From Alphaproteobacteria bacterium (lineage in GTDB: Bacteria > Pseudomonadota > Alphaproteobacteria > SHVV01): a stretch of 64,000 bases of DNA. Made by a program: the position numbers and the translations under genes. A model generated the notes under the pieces. The model did no database searches and was not told the DNA's origin. It worked only from the letters and a program-made list of their open reading frames with translations. This document shows, one piece after another, positions 12,916 to 23,763 of the stretch (positions are counted from its first letter, which is position 1; every line of letters starts with the position of its first letter). Location: assembly GCA_965261735.1 (NCBI GenBank), contig OZ253470.1, positions 3,136,001 to 3,200,000 on the forward strand, written 5' to 3'.

Positions 12916-12943
12916 TTGCAACACCGGGGGCGTCCATACATGA
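12916..12943 (+). promoter_or_regulatory. IS1111 circle-junction promoter (TTGCAA-N17-CATGAT, completed on circularisation)
   Basis: TTGCAA at 12916-12921, 17 bp spacer; the last T of the -10 is supplied by the left end only after the ends join. Confidence 0.6.
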
Positions 12944-13220
12944 CAACGCCACAGGGAAACGACTGGGTTTCTTCCAAGCTCAGCCGCGCGTGGCGCGGGG
13001 ACCTCTCGAAAAGGGGCAGGCCGCTACCAATCAGCACGGGAATCACAAATAGCTCTATCCGATCGACGGCGTCATGGTCGAGGAATGCTCGGATTGTCTT
13101 CGCTCCACCAACGATCCAGACGTCTTCGCCGAGAGCTTTGAGTCGGCTCACCAGAGCCTGAATGCCGTCGTCCGATACTTCCGTATTCTCGGGAGGTGAC
13201 CCGATAGCTCGAGAAGAAAG
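12941..13220 (-). pseudogene. C-terminal part of DHFR/RibD-C family gene
   Basis: DVWIVGGAKTIRAFL..DRIELFVIPVLIGSGLPLF; bounded by IS1595 and IS110. Confidence 0.88.
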
Positions 13221-14325
13221 CTTGCCTATCCGGTTAACGCCCATGACCGCTACATGTAGGGTGCCGCCACTCTCCCGAGTAAAGCTCGGCATAGGTTGGA
13301 GCAGAGGTGTCGCCCGCGATGCCGAGCAATGAGCGGAAGGCGTTGAACGGGTAGAACCGCCTGTTGAAGCGGAAGGTGAACTCGTTGAGGTAGGCTTGTA
13401 GGTGCTGGTGGCTAACGCCGTGGTGGATACCGATCAGCCACGTCTTCAGGTTGGCGAAAACCAGATGGATGATCGGCAGGTATTGCTCGGCAACCTCTGG
13501 ATCACCACACTCGGCAACAGCGAAGTGCTCATAGCCGCGCTTACCGAGGCCAGCATAGCCGCTCCAATCGTCAGTAACGATCAGCGATCGCGGCGCGACG
13601 GTGCTCTCGACGAACCCACAGAGCGACTCGGCGCTACGGTCGAGCACGACGGCGAGCCGAACGCGTCCGGCATAGCGTCCGTCTTTCCGGTTGTCGAGCT
13701 TGGTGCCCGGCTTTCGATGACGCACCTCGATGGCACAGGAGACGGGAACCTTGTGGTGAACACCACGGCCTTCCCCACGCGTTCGCCCGCCAACCCAGGT
13801 TTCGTCCACCTCAACATGGTTCTTGGGCTGTCCACCGATCCTGTCTTGGTTGGGCCGCACCATGCCCGAGCGGAGCTTGTGGAGAATTTGAAAGGCCGTC
13901 TCGTAGCGCGAAAGACCAAGTTGCCGCTGAAACTGCACGGCGGACATGCCGGGCGTCTGACTGGCGACCAGATAAGCGGCCCAGAACCAGACGTTCAGCG
14001 GAGTGTGGCTACGCTCCATCACTGTTCCCACCGTCAGCCCGGTGTTCTGGCGGCACTTGCGGCAGCGCAGGACGCCAGGGCGGTTTTCAAAGTGGAACGG
14101 CTCTCCCGCCGTGCCGCAGTGCGGGCAGGCAAAGCCGTCTCCCCAGCGGGCTTTCTCCAGGTAGGCGGCGCAGGCCGCATCATCGGGGAAAAGTCGCTGG
14201 AACTCGGGTAGCGAATGCGGGAATGGGAGATCGGCGCGGTCGAGAACATCCATGGCGCGCTCCCCTATATCCGGGTTGCGCCCATTCTAGCCCTAGTGGG
14301 TGTGGGTGTAACCCGGATAGCCAAG
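13221..14325 (-). mobile_element. IS1595 family element, copy 1 (1105 bp)
   Basis: Terminal IRs cttgcctatccggtt (left end has two substitutions); flanks gaatgatc / ctttcttc in IS orientation. Confidence 0.95.
13234..14253 (-). CDS. IS1595 family transposase (probably ISSod11-like), intact
   Basis: Zn ribbon CPHC..CRKC, VEVDETWVGG, TDDWSGY, YLNEFTFRFNRR. Confidence 0.93.
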   Translation of the reverse strand: MDVLDRADLPFPHSLPEFQRLFPDDAACAAYLEKARWGDGFACPHCGTAGEPFHFENRPGVLRCRKCRQNTGLTVGTVMERSHTPLNVWFWAAYLVASQTPGMSAVQFQRQLGLSRYETAFQILHKLRSGMVRPNQDRIGGQPKNHVEVDETWVGGRTRGEGRGVHHKVPVSCAIEVRHRKPGTKLDNRKDGRYAGRVRLAVVLDRSAESLCGFVESTVAPRSLIVTDDWSGYAGLGKRGYEHFAVAECGDPEVAEQYLPIIHLVFANLKTWLIGIHHGVSHQHLQAYLNEFTFRFNRRFYPFNAFRSLLGIAGDTSAPTYAELYSGEWRHPTCSGHGR

Positions 14326-15175
14326 GATCATTCTGGTGCCGCTCGCCGGCGTCGGCGACGCCACCGCGCAGCTCGAGACGGCGCTCAGTGTCGGTCGCGC
14401 TCACGATGCTCATGTCGAAGGCTTTCACGTCAGCCTAGATCCGCGCGAGGGCGTGGCTTTCGTCGGCGAGGGCATGACGAGTGCGATGGTGGAAGACGTC
14501 ATGGCGGCGACCGAGGCCGAGACAAGATCGCGCCTCGAGCGCGCCCGCGCCGTCTTCGACGAGACCTATAAGCGCCTTGACGTGAAGATTTCCGAGTCGC
14601 CAACGCCGTCCTTCTCGGCGAGTTTCAGCACCGCGACCGGGCGCGAATACGACCTCGTGGCGCGGCGTGGGCGCTTAACCGACCTGGTCGTCGCCGGGCG
14701 GCCGGCGGGCGAGGAAGAGGCGGCGGCTCAGGCCGTCCTCGAGGTCGCCCTCATGGAGACCGCGCGCCCGCTCCTCATCGCGCCACCGACGGCGGCCAAA
14801 ACGTTCGGCCGTTCCGTGATCATCGCCTGGAACGGCAGCGTCGAGGCGATACGCGCCGTCAGCAGCGCGTTGCCGTACCTGACGCGGGCCGAGAGTGTGA
14901 TCATCCTGGTCATCGGCGAGGGCGATCGCCCGCCTGCACTACCCGACGACCTCAAGACCTATTTCGCTTGGCACGGCATCGCCGCGACGGGCAAGCAAGT
15001 GGCGGCGGAATCCGCCCCGGTCGGTGCGCGCCTGCTCGAGGAGGCCGACGCCGCTGGCGCCGATCTCCTCGTCATGGGCGGCTACACGCACAGCCGCCTG
15101 CGTCAGCTCATCTTCGGCGGCGTCACGAGCCACGTCCTGCACCACGCCGAACTCCCTGTGCTCATGGCCCACTAG
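14326..15175 (+). pseudogene. universal stress protein, separated from its start codon
   Basis: IAWNGSVEAIRAV, ADLLVMGGYTHSRLRQLIFGGVT; MAIKII start and RBS found at 30689-30725 on the minus strand. Confidence 0.88.
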
Positions 15176-15251
15176 GGGCCAGCTGAACCGTTGCCGGTGT
15201 CGCTCGTCGGGGAGCGCGCTAGCGGCCGGAGCCCGCTCGCCACCGCCGCCG

Positions 15252-16640
15252 CTACGCGGCCTCGCGCAGGCGGTTTTGTGCGACCCAGGCCTCGCCGGCG
15301 TCGAGGGCGCGACCGACGCGGTCGAACAGCTCGTCGATCTCGGCTTCCGTAATGATCAGGGGCGGGCAGAAGGCGATCGTATCCTGGAGCGCTCGGATGA
15401 TGAGGCCCTCGCCCTTGGCGTGCTCGGCGACGCGGCCACCCACCAGATGCGCGGGCTCGAAGGAGCGCTTGGTCGCCTTGTCGGCGACCAGCTCCAACGC
15501 GCCGATGAGGCCAACGCCGCGAGCTTCACCGACCAGCGGGTGGTCGGTGAGGGCGCGGAGCCGGCGCTGGAAATGGGGGGCGATGCGCTGGACGTGGCCG
15601 AGCACGTCGCGCTCCTCGTAGAGCTCGAGCGTGCGCAGCGCCACCGCGGCGGGTACCGGATGGCCGGAGTAGGTGAAGCCGTGGGCGAAGGTGCCGATCT
15701 TCCGGCTCTCAGCCACCATGGCCTCATAGATGGCCTCCGACAGGAGCACCGCCGAGATCGGTAAATAGGCCGACGACAACGCCTTGGCGACGGTAATGGC
15801 ATCGGGAGCGAGGCCGTACGCCTGGGCGCCCCACAGCGTGCCGATGCGGCCGAAGCCGGTGATGACCTCGTCGTCGAGCAACATCACGTCGTAGCGCTTG
15901 AGCACCGCTTGGACCTTGTCGAAATAAGTCGCCGGCGGGACGATGACGCCGCCGGCTCCCATCACCGGCTCGGCGATGAAGGCCGCAACCGTCTCCGGAT
16001 CCTCGTCGAGGATGAGCTGCTCTAGGCGGTCGGCGAGCCGCGTCGCAAATTCCTCCTCCGATTCGCCGGGCTCGGCGAAGCGGTAATGGTGCGGGCAGTC
16101 GGTATGCAGGATGTTCGCGATGGGGAGGTCGAAGTCGCGGTGGTTGGTGGCAATGCCGGTGAGGCTGGCGGCGGCGATGGTGACGCCGTGGTAGGCGCGG
16201 ATGCGCGAGATGATCTTTTTCTTCCGCGGCCGGCCGAGCGCGTTGTTCACGTACCAGACGATCTTGATCAGGCTGTCGTTGGCCTCGGAGCCGGAGTTGG
16301 CGAAGAACACCTTCGACATCGGTACCGGCGCGAGCGCGATCAGCTTTTCGGCAAGGTCGATCACCGGTAGCACCGACTTGTGAAAGAAGCCGTGGTACGA
16401 CGGCAGGGCGCGCATCTGGCGTACGGCGGCCTCGATGAGCTCGTCCTCGCCGAAGCCGAGCGAGGTGCACCACAGGCCTGACATGCCCTCGATATATTCC
16501 TTGCCATCGTCGTCGTAGACGTAAACGCCCTTGCCGGAGGTCACGATGTGGGGCTCGACCTCGGGGTGCAGCGCGAGGTTCGTGAAGGGATGGATGTTGT
16601 TCCGGATGTCGCGGCTCGCGGCCGAGTTCGGTTCTGTCAT
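15252..16640 (-). CDS. class III aminotransferase (omega-amino acid / putrescine:pyruvate type)
   Basis: SGLWC, NSGSEAND, FIAEPVMGAGG, DEVITGFGR, VAKALSS, HGFTYSGHP. Confidence 0.92.
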   Translation of the reverse strand: MTEPNSAASRDIRNNIHPFTNLALHPEVEPHIVTSGKGVYVYDDDGKEYIEGMSGLWCTSLGFGEDELIEAAVRQMRALPSYHGFFHKSVLPVIDLAEKLIALAPVPMSKVFFANSGSEANDSLIKIVWYVNNALGRPRKKKIISRIRAYHGVTIAAASLTGIATNHRDFDLPIANILHTDCPHHYRFAEPGESEEEFATRLADRLEQLILDEDPETVAAFIAEPVMGAGGVIVPPATYFDKVQAVLKRYDVMLLDDEVITGFGRIGTLWGAQAYGLAPDAITVAKALSSAYLPISAVLLSEAIYEAMVAESRKIGTFAHGFTYSGHPVPAAVALRTLELYEERDVLGHVQRIAPHFQRRLRALTDHPLVGEARGVGLIGALELVADKATKRSFEPAHLVGGRVAEHAKGEGLIIRALQDTIAFCPPLIITEAEIDELFDRVGRALDAGEAWVAQNRLREAA

Positions 16641-16846
16641 GGCCTCCGCCGCCGTGGGGTCATCCCGCCAACCCACTGACGCGGGCCGTGGGCACCGGTT
16701 TTGAGCGACGCCCCCCTAATGTGGTGACGCCCGCGCGCGGTTGCCAGCGCCGCCGCGCGACCGGGCCTCGCGCCCGCTTTGACCGCGCCCGAGGCCCGGT
16801 CGTAGACTTGCAGGCGGGATCATAGTCGAGCATCGGGAGTACGACC

Positions 16847-18481
16847 ATGCGTGGCCTCATCATGGACCGGCCGTTGCTGATTTCGGCGCTGCTCGAGTAC
16901 GCGGCCGACTATCACGGCGAGCGCGAGATCGTGTCGCGGACGGTGGAAGGGCCGATTCACCGTTACACCTACGCCGACGCCCATCGCCGCGCGCAGCAGC
17001 TCGCCCATGCCTTGGCCGGCCTCGGCGTCGCCCAAGGCGATCGCATCGCGACCTTCGCCTGGAACGGCTACCGCCACCTCGAGATCTACTATGCCGTCTC
17101 CGGCATGGGCGCCGTCTGTCACACCGTGAACCCGCGCCTGTTCCCCGACCAGCTCGTCTACATCGTCAATCACGCCGAGGACTCTTACGTCTTCCTCGAC
17201 CTCACCTTCGTGCCGCTCGTGGAGCAGTTGGCAGACAAGCTGGAATCGGTGAAGGGCTTCATCATCATGACCGACGAAGCCCATATGCCCGAGACCAAGC
17301 TCAAGGGCGCCCTGTGCTACGAGACCCTCATTACCGGCGAGCCCGAGACTTACGAGTGGCCCCTGCTCGACGAATGGACGGCGTCCTCGCTGTGCTACAC
17401 CTCGGGCACCACCGGCAACCCCAAGGGCGCCCTCTACTGTCATCGCTCGACCGTGCTCCACTCGTTCGCCTGCTGCACCACGGACGTGATGGGGCTCGCC
17501 AGTACCGAGGTCGTGCTTCCGGTGGTGCCCATGTTTCACGCCAACGCCTGGGGCATCGCCTATGCGGCGCCGATGTCGGGGGCCAAGCTCGTCTTCCCCG
17601 GCGCCGCGCTCGATGGCGCCAGCGTTCACGAGCTGCTCGAGCAGGAGGGCGTGACCATGACCGCGGGCGTACCCACCGTGTGGTTCATGCTGCTCGACTA
17701 CATGAAGAAGAACGACAAGCGGTTCTCGAGCCTCGAGCGCGTCATCTGCGGCGGCTCGGCGATGCCGCGCTCGATGATCGAGGCCTTCGAGAACGACTAT
17801 GGGGTGAGGGCGATCCACGCCTGGGGCATGACCGAGATGAGCCCGCTCGGTACGATCGGAGCGCTCAAGGCGGGCATGGACACGTGGCCCGAGGCGCAGC
17901 GCATCGACGTCCAGGTCAAACAGGGGCGCGCGCTCTACGGCGTCGAGATGAAGATCGTCGACGACGACGGCGCCGAGGTGGCGCGCGACGGGATCGCCTT
18001 CGGCCACCTCAAGGTGCGCGGGCCATGGATTTCATCCGGATACTTCAAGGGCGCGGGCGGCGACATCCTCGATGAGGGCGGCTGGTTCTCCACGGGCGAC
18101 GTGGCGACCCTCGATGCGGCCGGCTACATGCACATCACCGACCGCGAGAAGGACGTGATCAAGTCGGGCGGGGAATGGATTAGCTCGATCGCGCTCGAGA
18201 ACACGGCGGTCGCCCACACGGACGTCAAGGAGGCCTGCGTCATCGGTGTGGCGCACCGCAAATGGGGCGAGCGGCCGCTGCTGCTGATCGTGCCGGCGGA
18301 GGGCGCGAGCCCGACCAAGGAGAGCCTGCTCGGCTTCCTCGAGGGCAAGATCGCCAAGTGGTGGATGCCCGACGACGTCCTGCTCGTCGATGAGTTGCCG
18401 CACACGGCGACCGGCAAGCTCCTCAAGGCGCAACTGCGCGAGGAGTACGGCGACTACCTGCTCTCGCGCGAGGCCGGCTAG
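16847..18481 (+). CDS. fatty acyl-CoA ligase, DmdB/AlkK-like
   Basis: [49 protein letters not shown]. Confidence 0.9.
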   Translation: MRGLIMDRPLLISALLEYAADYHGEREIVSRTVEGPIHRYTYADAHRRAQQLAHALAGLGVAQGDRIATFAWNGYRHLEIYYAVSGMGAVCHTVNPRLFPDQLVYIVNHAEDSYVFLDLTFVPLVEQLADKLESVKGFIIMTDEAHMPETKLKGALCYETLITGEPETYEWPLLDEWTASSLCYTSGTTGNPKGALYCHRSTVLHSFACCTTDVMGLASTEVVLPVVPMFHANAWGIAYAAPMSGAKLVFPGAALDGASVHELLEQEGVTMTAGVPTVWFMLLDYMKKNDKRFSSLERVICGGSAMPRSMIEAFENDYGVRAIHAWGMTEMSPLGTIGALKAGMDTWPEAQRIDVQVKQGRALYGVEMKIVDDDGAEVARDGIAFGHLKVRGPWISSGYFKGAGGDILDEGGWFSTGDVATLDAAGYMHITDREKDVIKSGGEWISSIALENTAVAHTDVKEACVIGVAHRKWGERPLLLIVPAEGASPTKESLLGFLEGKIAKWWMPDDVLLVDELPHTATGKLLKAQLREEYGDYLLSREAG

Positions 18482-19398
18482 CGCCGCTCCCCAGTCAGGC
18501 GATAGCGCGCGCCGACGGCGGGTTGCGCGTGGCAGGCCACGACACGTGACTCGATGAGGACGACCAAGTGGGCCAGCACCGAACGTTGGGCCGCCGCGTG
18601 CAGCGGCTTTGCGAGACCGACATACATGCGCTCGACCATCGCCGGGATGCGCTCGATCCCGGCCTCGAGGCAGGCGATGATCTGCATTTCACGTTCTTCA
18701 CGGTGGGCGAGGAAGGCGGCTACGTGCCGCGAGGGCTCGGTGATCGCTGGCCCGTGCGTCGGCCAATAGATGCGGTCTGAGCGGGCGAGGCAGCGGCGCA
18801 GGCTCTTCATGTAGGCGGCCATGTCGCCGTCAGGCGGCGCGATCACCGAGGTCGACCACCCCATGACGTGATCGCCGCTGAAGAGCGCGCCTTCCTCGGC
18901 CAGGGCGTAGCACAGGTGGTTGGATGTGTGGCCCGGCGTATGCACCGCTTCGAAGGTCCAGCCGGGCCCTTTGATGCGTGCCCCGTCAGCGAGCGCGACA
19001 TTGGGGACGAAGTCGCGGTCGGCCCCTTCCTCGACCTCGCCTCCCGCTCCCCGCCGCGCCCCACCGTGGGGGCCGAAGCCGTAGGTCGGTGCGCCGGTCG
19101 CACCGTGCAGCGCGGCGGCGGCCGGCGAGTGGTCGCGGTGGGTATGGGTGATCAGGAGGTGACTGATGGTCTCGCCGTGCAGCGCGGCGAGGATCGCCTC
19201 GACGTGCGCGGGCAGGGCGGGGCCCGGGTCGATCACGGCAACGGTGCCGTGCCCGATAATGTAGGTCCCGGTGCCGTAAAAGGTGAAGGGGCTCGGGTTG
19301 TGCGCGACGATGCGCCGGATCAGCGGTGAGACCTGCGCCGCGACGCCGTAATCGAAGGCCAGGTCCCTGACGAATGGAATGCTCGCCATCGCAGCCAC
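18478..19398 (-). CDS. MBL-fold metallo-hydrolase
   Basis: [28 protein letters not shown]. Confidence 0.9.
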   Translation of the reverse strand: MAAMASIPFVRDLAFDYGVAAQVSPLIRRIVAHNPSPFTFYGTGTYIIGHGTVAVIDPGPALPAHVEAILAALHGETISHLLITHTHRDHSPAAAALHGATGAPTYGFGPHGGARRGAGGEVEEGADRDFVPNVALADGARIKGPGWTFEAVHTPGHTSNHLCYALAEEGALFSGDHVMGWSTSVIAPPDGDMAAYMKSLRRCLARSDRIYWPTHGPAITEPSRHVAAFLAHREEREMQIIACLEAGIERIPAMVERMYVGLAKPLHAAAQRSVLAHLVVLIESRVVACHAQPAVGARYRLTGERR

Positions 19399-19420
19399 TG
19401 ATGGCCCTGGGAGCTCGCGC

Positions 19421-19852
19421 CTACTGGATCCGGGTCCAGGTCTGGGTCTTGCAGAAGAACAGGACGCAGCCCTTCACTTTCAGGGTGCTCTCGTCCGCGA
19501 GGTTCATTTTCGATTTGTAGGTCTTGCCGTCCTCGGGATTGTAGATCTTACCGCCATCCCAGGCCTGCTCGCCTTTCGCCTTGAAGCCGTTGAGGAGCGG
19601 CAACCCGACGATGGGGCGGGCGCGCAGCGCCTCCTTCTCGTTCTCGACGTCGAGCTTGGCCGAACCGTCGGCGTTGGTCGGTTCCTTGAGCCATACGATC
19701 GTGCCACACAGTTGTTCTCCGCAGGAGACGATCTCGACGTGAGATTTTCCGTCCACGGTCAGCCATTTGCCGACCGCGTCGGACGCGGCGGCGGTGGTCG
19801 CGAAACACGCGAGAGCCGCGGCCGCGCACAGACCACACCATTTATCGAACAT
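19421..19852 (-). CDS. DUF2147 secreted protein
   Basis: Signal peptide; WDGGKIYNPEDGKTY, KVKGCVLFFCKTQTWTR. Confidence 0.88.
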   Translation of the reverse strand: MFDKWCGLCAAAALACFATTAAASDAVGKWLTVDGKSHVEIVSCGEQLCGTIVWLKEPTNADGSAKLDVENEKEALRARPIVGLPLLNGFKAKGEQAWDGGKIYNPEDGKTYKSKMNLADESTLKVKGCVLFFCKTQTWTRIQ

Positions 19853-20180
19853 GCTGGCCTCCAGAATTAGCGGCCACAGCTTGGCAGAATTGGAGGCCTC
19901 GCGAAAGTGAGACGGCGCGATGCTGGACACTAGCGAATCCGACGAGTCGCCGAGCGAACCCGCACGTAGCTCGTGACCGCGTAGGCCACGAGCACGGCGA
20001 GCGCGATTCTGCCGCGCCAGGCTGGGCCGAGGACCGGCGCCTTGGCGGCCGGTCGGGCCGCCGGCGCGCGGGCGCCCGGCCCCATGGTGACGAGGTTGCC
20101 CAATCCCCAGATCATGACCGAACGATAGCGAAGCGGCAGGTTGGCGGCAGTGACGGCGGTCACCGGCGAGGTCCGATGCG

Positions 20181-20236
20181 TTATACCGTGAGGCCCGCCT
20201 TACGCAGTCCCTCGACGTAGAGGTCGAGGCCCCTTG
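20181..20236 (-). pseudogene. 3' remnant resembling the C-terminus of TolB-like/adenylate cyclase TPR proteins
   Basis: Translates GLDLYVEGLRKAGLTV*; nothing upstream. Confidence 0.4.
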
Positions 20237-20276
20237 CCCCCGCTGTTCGGCATTGCCCCCGGCTGCGTTGCTCAGC

Positions 20277-21755
20277 TCATTGAAACTTATCGGCGTTGAC
20301 CAGGAAATGAACCCAGATGCTCGCGGCGTAGCCGAGCGCGATGGCCCAGCTCCATTTCAGGTGCGCGAAGAAGGTATAGGTTCCGCGCGCCTGGCCCATG
20401 ACGGCAACGCCCGCCGCCGACCCGATCGACAACATCGAGCCGCCGACGCCGGCGGTCAACGTCACCAGCAGCCACTGCCCATGGTCCATCTCGGGGAGCA
20501 CGGACAGTACCGCGAACATGATCGGGATGTTGTCGACGATGGCCGACAGCACGCCGACCAGGATATTGGCGATGGTCGGGCCAAGGTCGCCGTACATGAG
20601 CTGCGATCCGAGGGCAAGATAGCCGAGCGTGCCGAGTCCGCCCACGCACAGCACGATCCCATAAAAGAACATGAGCGTATCCCACTCGGCTCGCTCCAGG
20701 GACTTGAAGATATTGAAGGCCTTGTCCTCCGCCTTCGCCCTGGCGCTCGGCGCCGATTCCTCGATCTCCAGGCCGATTTCACCGAGGTCCTGATCCTCCG
20801 GCGGCGGGAACAGGATATCGCGGCGCTTGAGGCAGTAGCCGAAGAGTTTCAGGAACCCGAGCCCGGTCATCATGCCGAGGACGGGCGGCAGGTGCAGGAA
20901 GTTGTGCGCGGACACGGCCATCGCGATGGTAACGATGAAAAGCCCGACCACGACCCAGGCGCCATCGAGCAGCACCGCCTCCTCGGCGATCACGGCCGGC
21001 TTCTCCTTCGGCACCACGAATGCCATGATCACCGCGGGGACCAACCAGTTCACCACCGATGGCAGCAGCAGCGCGAAGAATTCGTGAAACGCGATAATCC
21101 CCTTCTGCCACACCATCAGCGTGGTGATGTCGCCGAACGGGCTGAAGGCGCCGCCCGCGTTGGCGGCGACGACGATGTTGATGCACGCGAGCACGACGAA
21201 GCGCTGGTTGGTGCCACCGATGGCCATGACCACCGTGGCCAGCAGGAGCGCGGTCGTAAGGTTGTCCGCCACGGGCGACATCACGAACGCCAGGCCGCCC
21301 GTGATCCAGAAGATGCCGCGGAAGGAGTACCCGCGCGATACCAGCCGCGCCCGCAGCACGTCGAACACGCCGCGTTCGTCCATGGTGTTGACGTAGGTCA
21401 TGGCGGCGAGCAGGAAGAGGAACAGCTCCGCGAACTCGAGCAGGTTGTGGCGGATGGCCTCCCCGGGGGTCGTGATGTCATCGTTCATCCCGTAGGCGAC
21501 GGCGACCAGGACCCAGATGATCCCCGCCGCGACCATGACGGGCTTGGATTTGCGCAGGTGCAGCGTCTCCTCGCCGATGACGAGCGCGTAGGCGATCACG
21601 AACACCGCCACCGCGATGAACCCCGCCCAATGTCCCGTGAGGTCGAGGAAGCCGCCGCCGGCCTCGGCTGCGACGGCCGGTAGCGGCAACAGCAGGATTA
21701 GTGCCGTGGCGAGAATGCGGCGTACGGCTATGGCCGCTCGTGTGTTCTCAGACAT
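20277..21755 (-). CDS. nhaD: Na+/H+ antiporter NhaD
   Basis: LHLRKSKP, ADNLTTAL, NAGGAFSPFGDITTLMVWQ, VDNIPIM, GGSMLSIGSAAGV. Confidence 0.93.
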   Translation of the reverse strand: MSENTRAAIAVRRILATALILLLPLPAVAAEAGGGFLDLTGHWAGFIAVAVFVIAYALVIGEETLHLRKSKPVMVAAGIIWVLVAVAYGMNDDITTPGEAIRHNLLEFAELFLFLLAAMTYVNTMDERGVFDVLRARLVSRGYSFRGIFWITGGLAFVMSPVADNLTTALLLATVVMAIGGTNQRFVVLACINIVVAANAGGAFSPFGDITTLMVWQKGIIAFHEFFALLLPSVVNWLVPAVIMAFVVPKEKPAVIAEEAVLLDGAWVVVGLFIVTIAMAVSAHNFLHLPPVLGMMTGLGFLKLFGYCLKRRDILFPPPEDQDLGEIGLEIEESAPSARAKAEDKAFNIFKSLERAEWDTLMFFYGIVLCVGGLGTLGYLALGSQLMYGDLGPTIANILVGVLSAIVDNIPIMFAVLSVLPEMDHGQWLLVTLTAGVGGSMLSIGSAAGVAVMGQARGTYTFFAHLKWSWAIALGYAASIWVHFLVNADKFQ

Positions 21756-21914
21756 CTTGACACCCCGTCAAGGAACGTGTGCTACGCGAGTCCTGCGCGC
21801 CCAGGGGGCCCCGCGATGCGGCGACCGCCTCGGCGGGCGAGACCGAGTATGGTTCGCACCATAAGCACAACATGAGGCGCAACCAATTGATTTTGCGTGA
21901 GTTAGGCTGACGAA

Positions 21915-23741
21915 ATGGGAGCGCGCGACGTTCGGGCGGGGGGCGGCCGACGCCGGACCAAGGCGCACGAACGCGCGGCCCGCCTCGTCAATCGCGGAGT
22001 CGAGGAAGCGGCGAAGCGGCAGTTCTCCTCGGCCTGCGCGCTATTTCGCGACGCTGTCGCGGCGGCGCCCGACTACGCGCTCGCCCACGACAACCTCGCC
22101 AAGGCCTATCTGGTGCTCGGCCAGGCCGATTCGGCGCTGCCCCACATGGCGGCGGCGCTCGCGCGAGATTCGGCCCTCGAAGACACCGCACACACCCTGG
22201 CCCGCCTGCTCGCCGCGCATCGGCTTGCCTATTCGCGCGACGCGGTGAAGGCGACGGCCGTTTGCCTCGATCTGCCGGATATCGAGCATCAGCGACTCGT
22301 GCCCGCCGCGACCGACCTCGTCAAGGAGAGCCCAGTGGTGGGGCGATGCCTCGCACACGCCCGCTCGCATGATTGGGATGCTGCCGCCGGGCGGTTCCTC
22401 GATGACGGCGCGCGTGTGGTCGGCGGCACGCTGCTCGCCCGCATCCTGAGTCAGTGCGTCCTCGAGGACGCCGAACTCGAACGTCTCCTGACGGCGGCCA
22501 GGCGGGCGATGATGATGGCGGCCCAGACGGCGCGCAAACCGCCGCCGCTGTGGTCGCGGCTCGCCGCGCTGCTCGCGACCCAGGGGTGGAACAACGAGTA
22601 TGCGTGGTACGTGGACGCCGACGAGACGTCGGTCCTCGATGAGATGGCGCGCCCGCTGGTGGAGGGACCCGATGCGGCGAAGCGTGATTGGAGTCTATTG
22701 CGCTGGGCGATGTACCGGCCGCTTGCTGCGTGGCCGGGGTGGGCGTCGGCGCGCCCGCGCCTCAGTGGCGCGCTCGCCGAGCTCGCCGTCGCGACGGTCG
22801 CCGAGCAGGAGGTCGAGGCCGAACTCGGCACCGGGATCGTGGCGCTCGGCGAGGTGCGCGATCCCGTGTCGCGGGCCGTCCGAGCGCAATATGAGGAGAA
22901 TCCCTATCCGCGTTGGCGCTCCCTGGAGGTCTATCCGCCGGGATCGCTGCTCGATCAGGTCCGGCGCTTCGACCGCGGCGACCGGGATCCGGCGCGCCTC
23001 GCCGGCGCGATCGACGTCCTGATCGCCGGCTGCGGGACCGGCCAGCACGCGCTCGCGTCGGCGCTGGGCTTCGGCCCCACGGCGCGCGTGCTGGCCACCG
23101 ACCTGAGCCGGGCCAGCCTCGCGCGGGCGGCGCGTGGCGCGCGCGACTACGGTGTCGACAACATCGAGCTTCGGCAGGCCGACATTCTAGAACACGCCCG
23201 CCTCGGGCGCCGCTTCGACGTCATCGAGTGCGTCGGCGTGCTCCACCATATGGCGGCACCCCTCGAGGGCTGGCGCGTGCTCGCCGGCTCCCTCAAGCTC
23301 GACGGCATGATGATGGTCGGGCTCTACAGCGAAGCGGCGCGCCGCGGCGTTGCGGCGCCGCGCCGGGCCATCGCCGCGCGCGGCCTCGTGGCGGACGCCG
23401 CGGGCATCCGGGCGCTGCGCCGCGAGATGCTGGAGGCGCCCCCGGGCGAGGCGGTGCGGGCGAGCCCCGACTTCTACGCCCTGAGCCCCTGTCGCGACCT
23501 CCTGCTCCACGCCAAGGAGCACCGCTTCACGATACCGGCCATCGCTACCGCGCTCGACGCGCTCGGCCTCGAATTCCGCGGCTTCGAGCTTGACGATGCG
23601 GGGACCGAGCCCGCGTACCGGCAGAGCTTTCCCGACGATCCGGACATGCGCGATCTCGCCAACTGGGCCGCCTTCGAGGACGACCACCCGTCCATCTTTC
23701 GCAACATGTATCAGTTCTGGTGCACGCCACGACGCCGCTGA
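21915..23741 (+). CDS. TPR + class I SAM-dependent methyltransferase
   Basis: N-terminal TPR; QYEENPYPRW, LIAGCGTG, IECVGVLHHM, MYQFWC. Confidence 0.85.
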   Translation: MGARDVRAGGGRRRTKAHERAARLVNRGVEEAAKRQFSSACALFRDAVAAAPDYALAHDNLAKAYLVLGQADSALPHMAAALARDSALEDTAHTLARLLAAHRLAYSRDAVKATAVCLDLPDIEHQRLVPAATDLVKESPVVGRCLAHARSHDWDAAAGRFLDDGARVVGGTLLARILSQCVLEDAELERLLTAARRAMMMAAQTARKPPPLWSRLAALLATQGWNNEYAWYVDADETSVLDEMARPLVEGPDAAKRDWSLLRWAMYRPLAAWPGWASARPRLSGALAELAVATVAEQEVEAELGTGIVALGEVRDPVSRAVRAQYEENPYPRWRSLEVYPPGSLLDQVRRFDRGDRDPARLAGAIDVLIAGCGTGQHALASALGFGPTARVLATDLSRASLARAARGARDYGVDNIELRQADILEHARLGRRFDVIECVGVLHHMAAPLEGWRVLAGSLKLDGMMMVGLYSEAARRGVAAPRRAIAARGLVADAAGIRALRREMLEAPPGEAVRASPDFYALSPCRDLLLHAKEHRFTIPAIATALDALGLEFRGFELDDAGTEPAYRQSFPDDPDMRDLANWAAFEDDHPSIFRNMYQFWCTPRRR

Positions 23742-23763
23742 ACACCCTTTTGGAGAAGGGCGG

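Larger units (their letters stand above)
11590..12943 (+). mobile_element. IS110 family, IS1111 group insertion sequence
   Basis: Perfect 14 bp sub-terminal IRs gtatggacgccccc (11592-11605 / 12926-12939); TGA shared at both junctions; long non-coding region 3' of the transposase. Confidence 0.93.
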
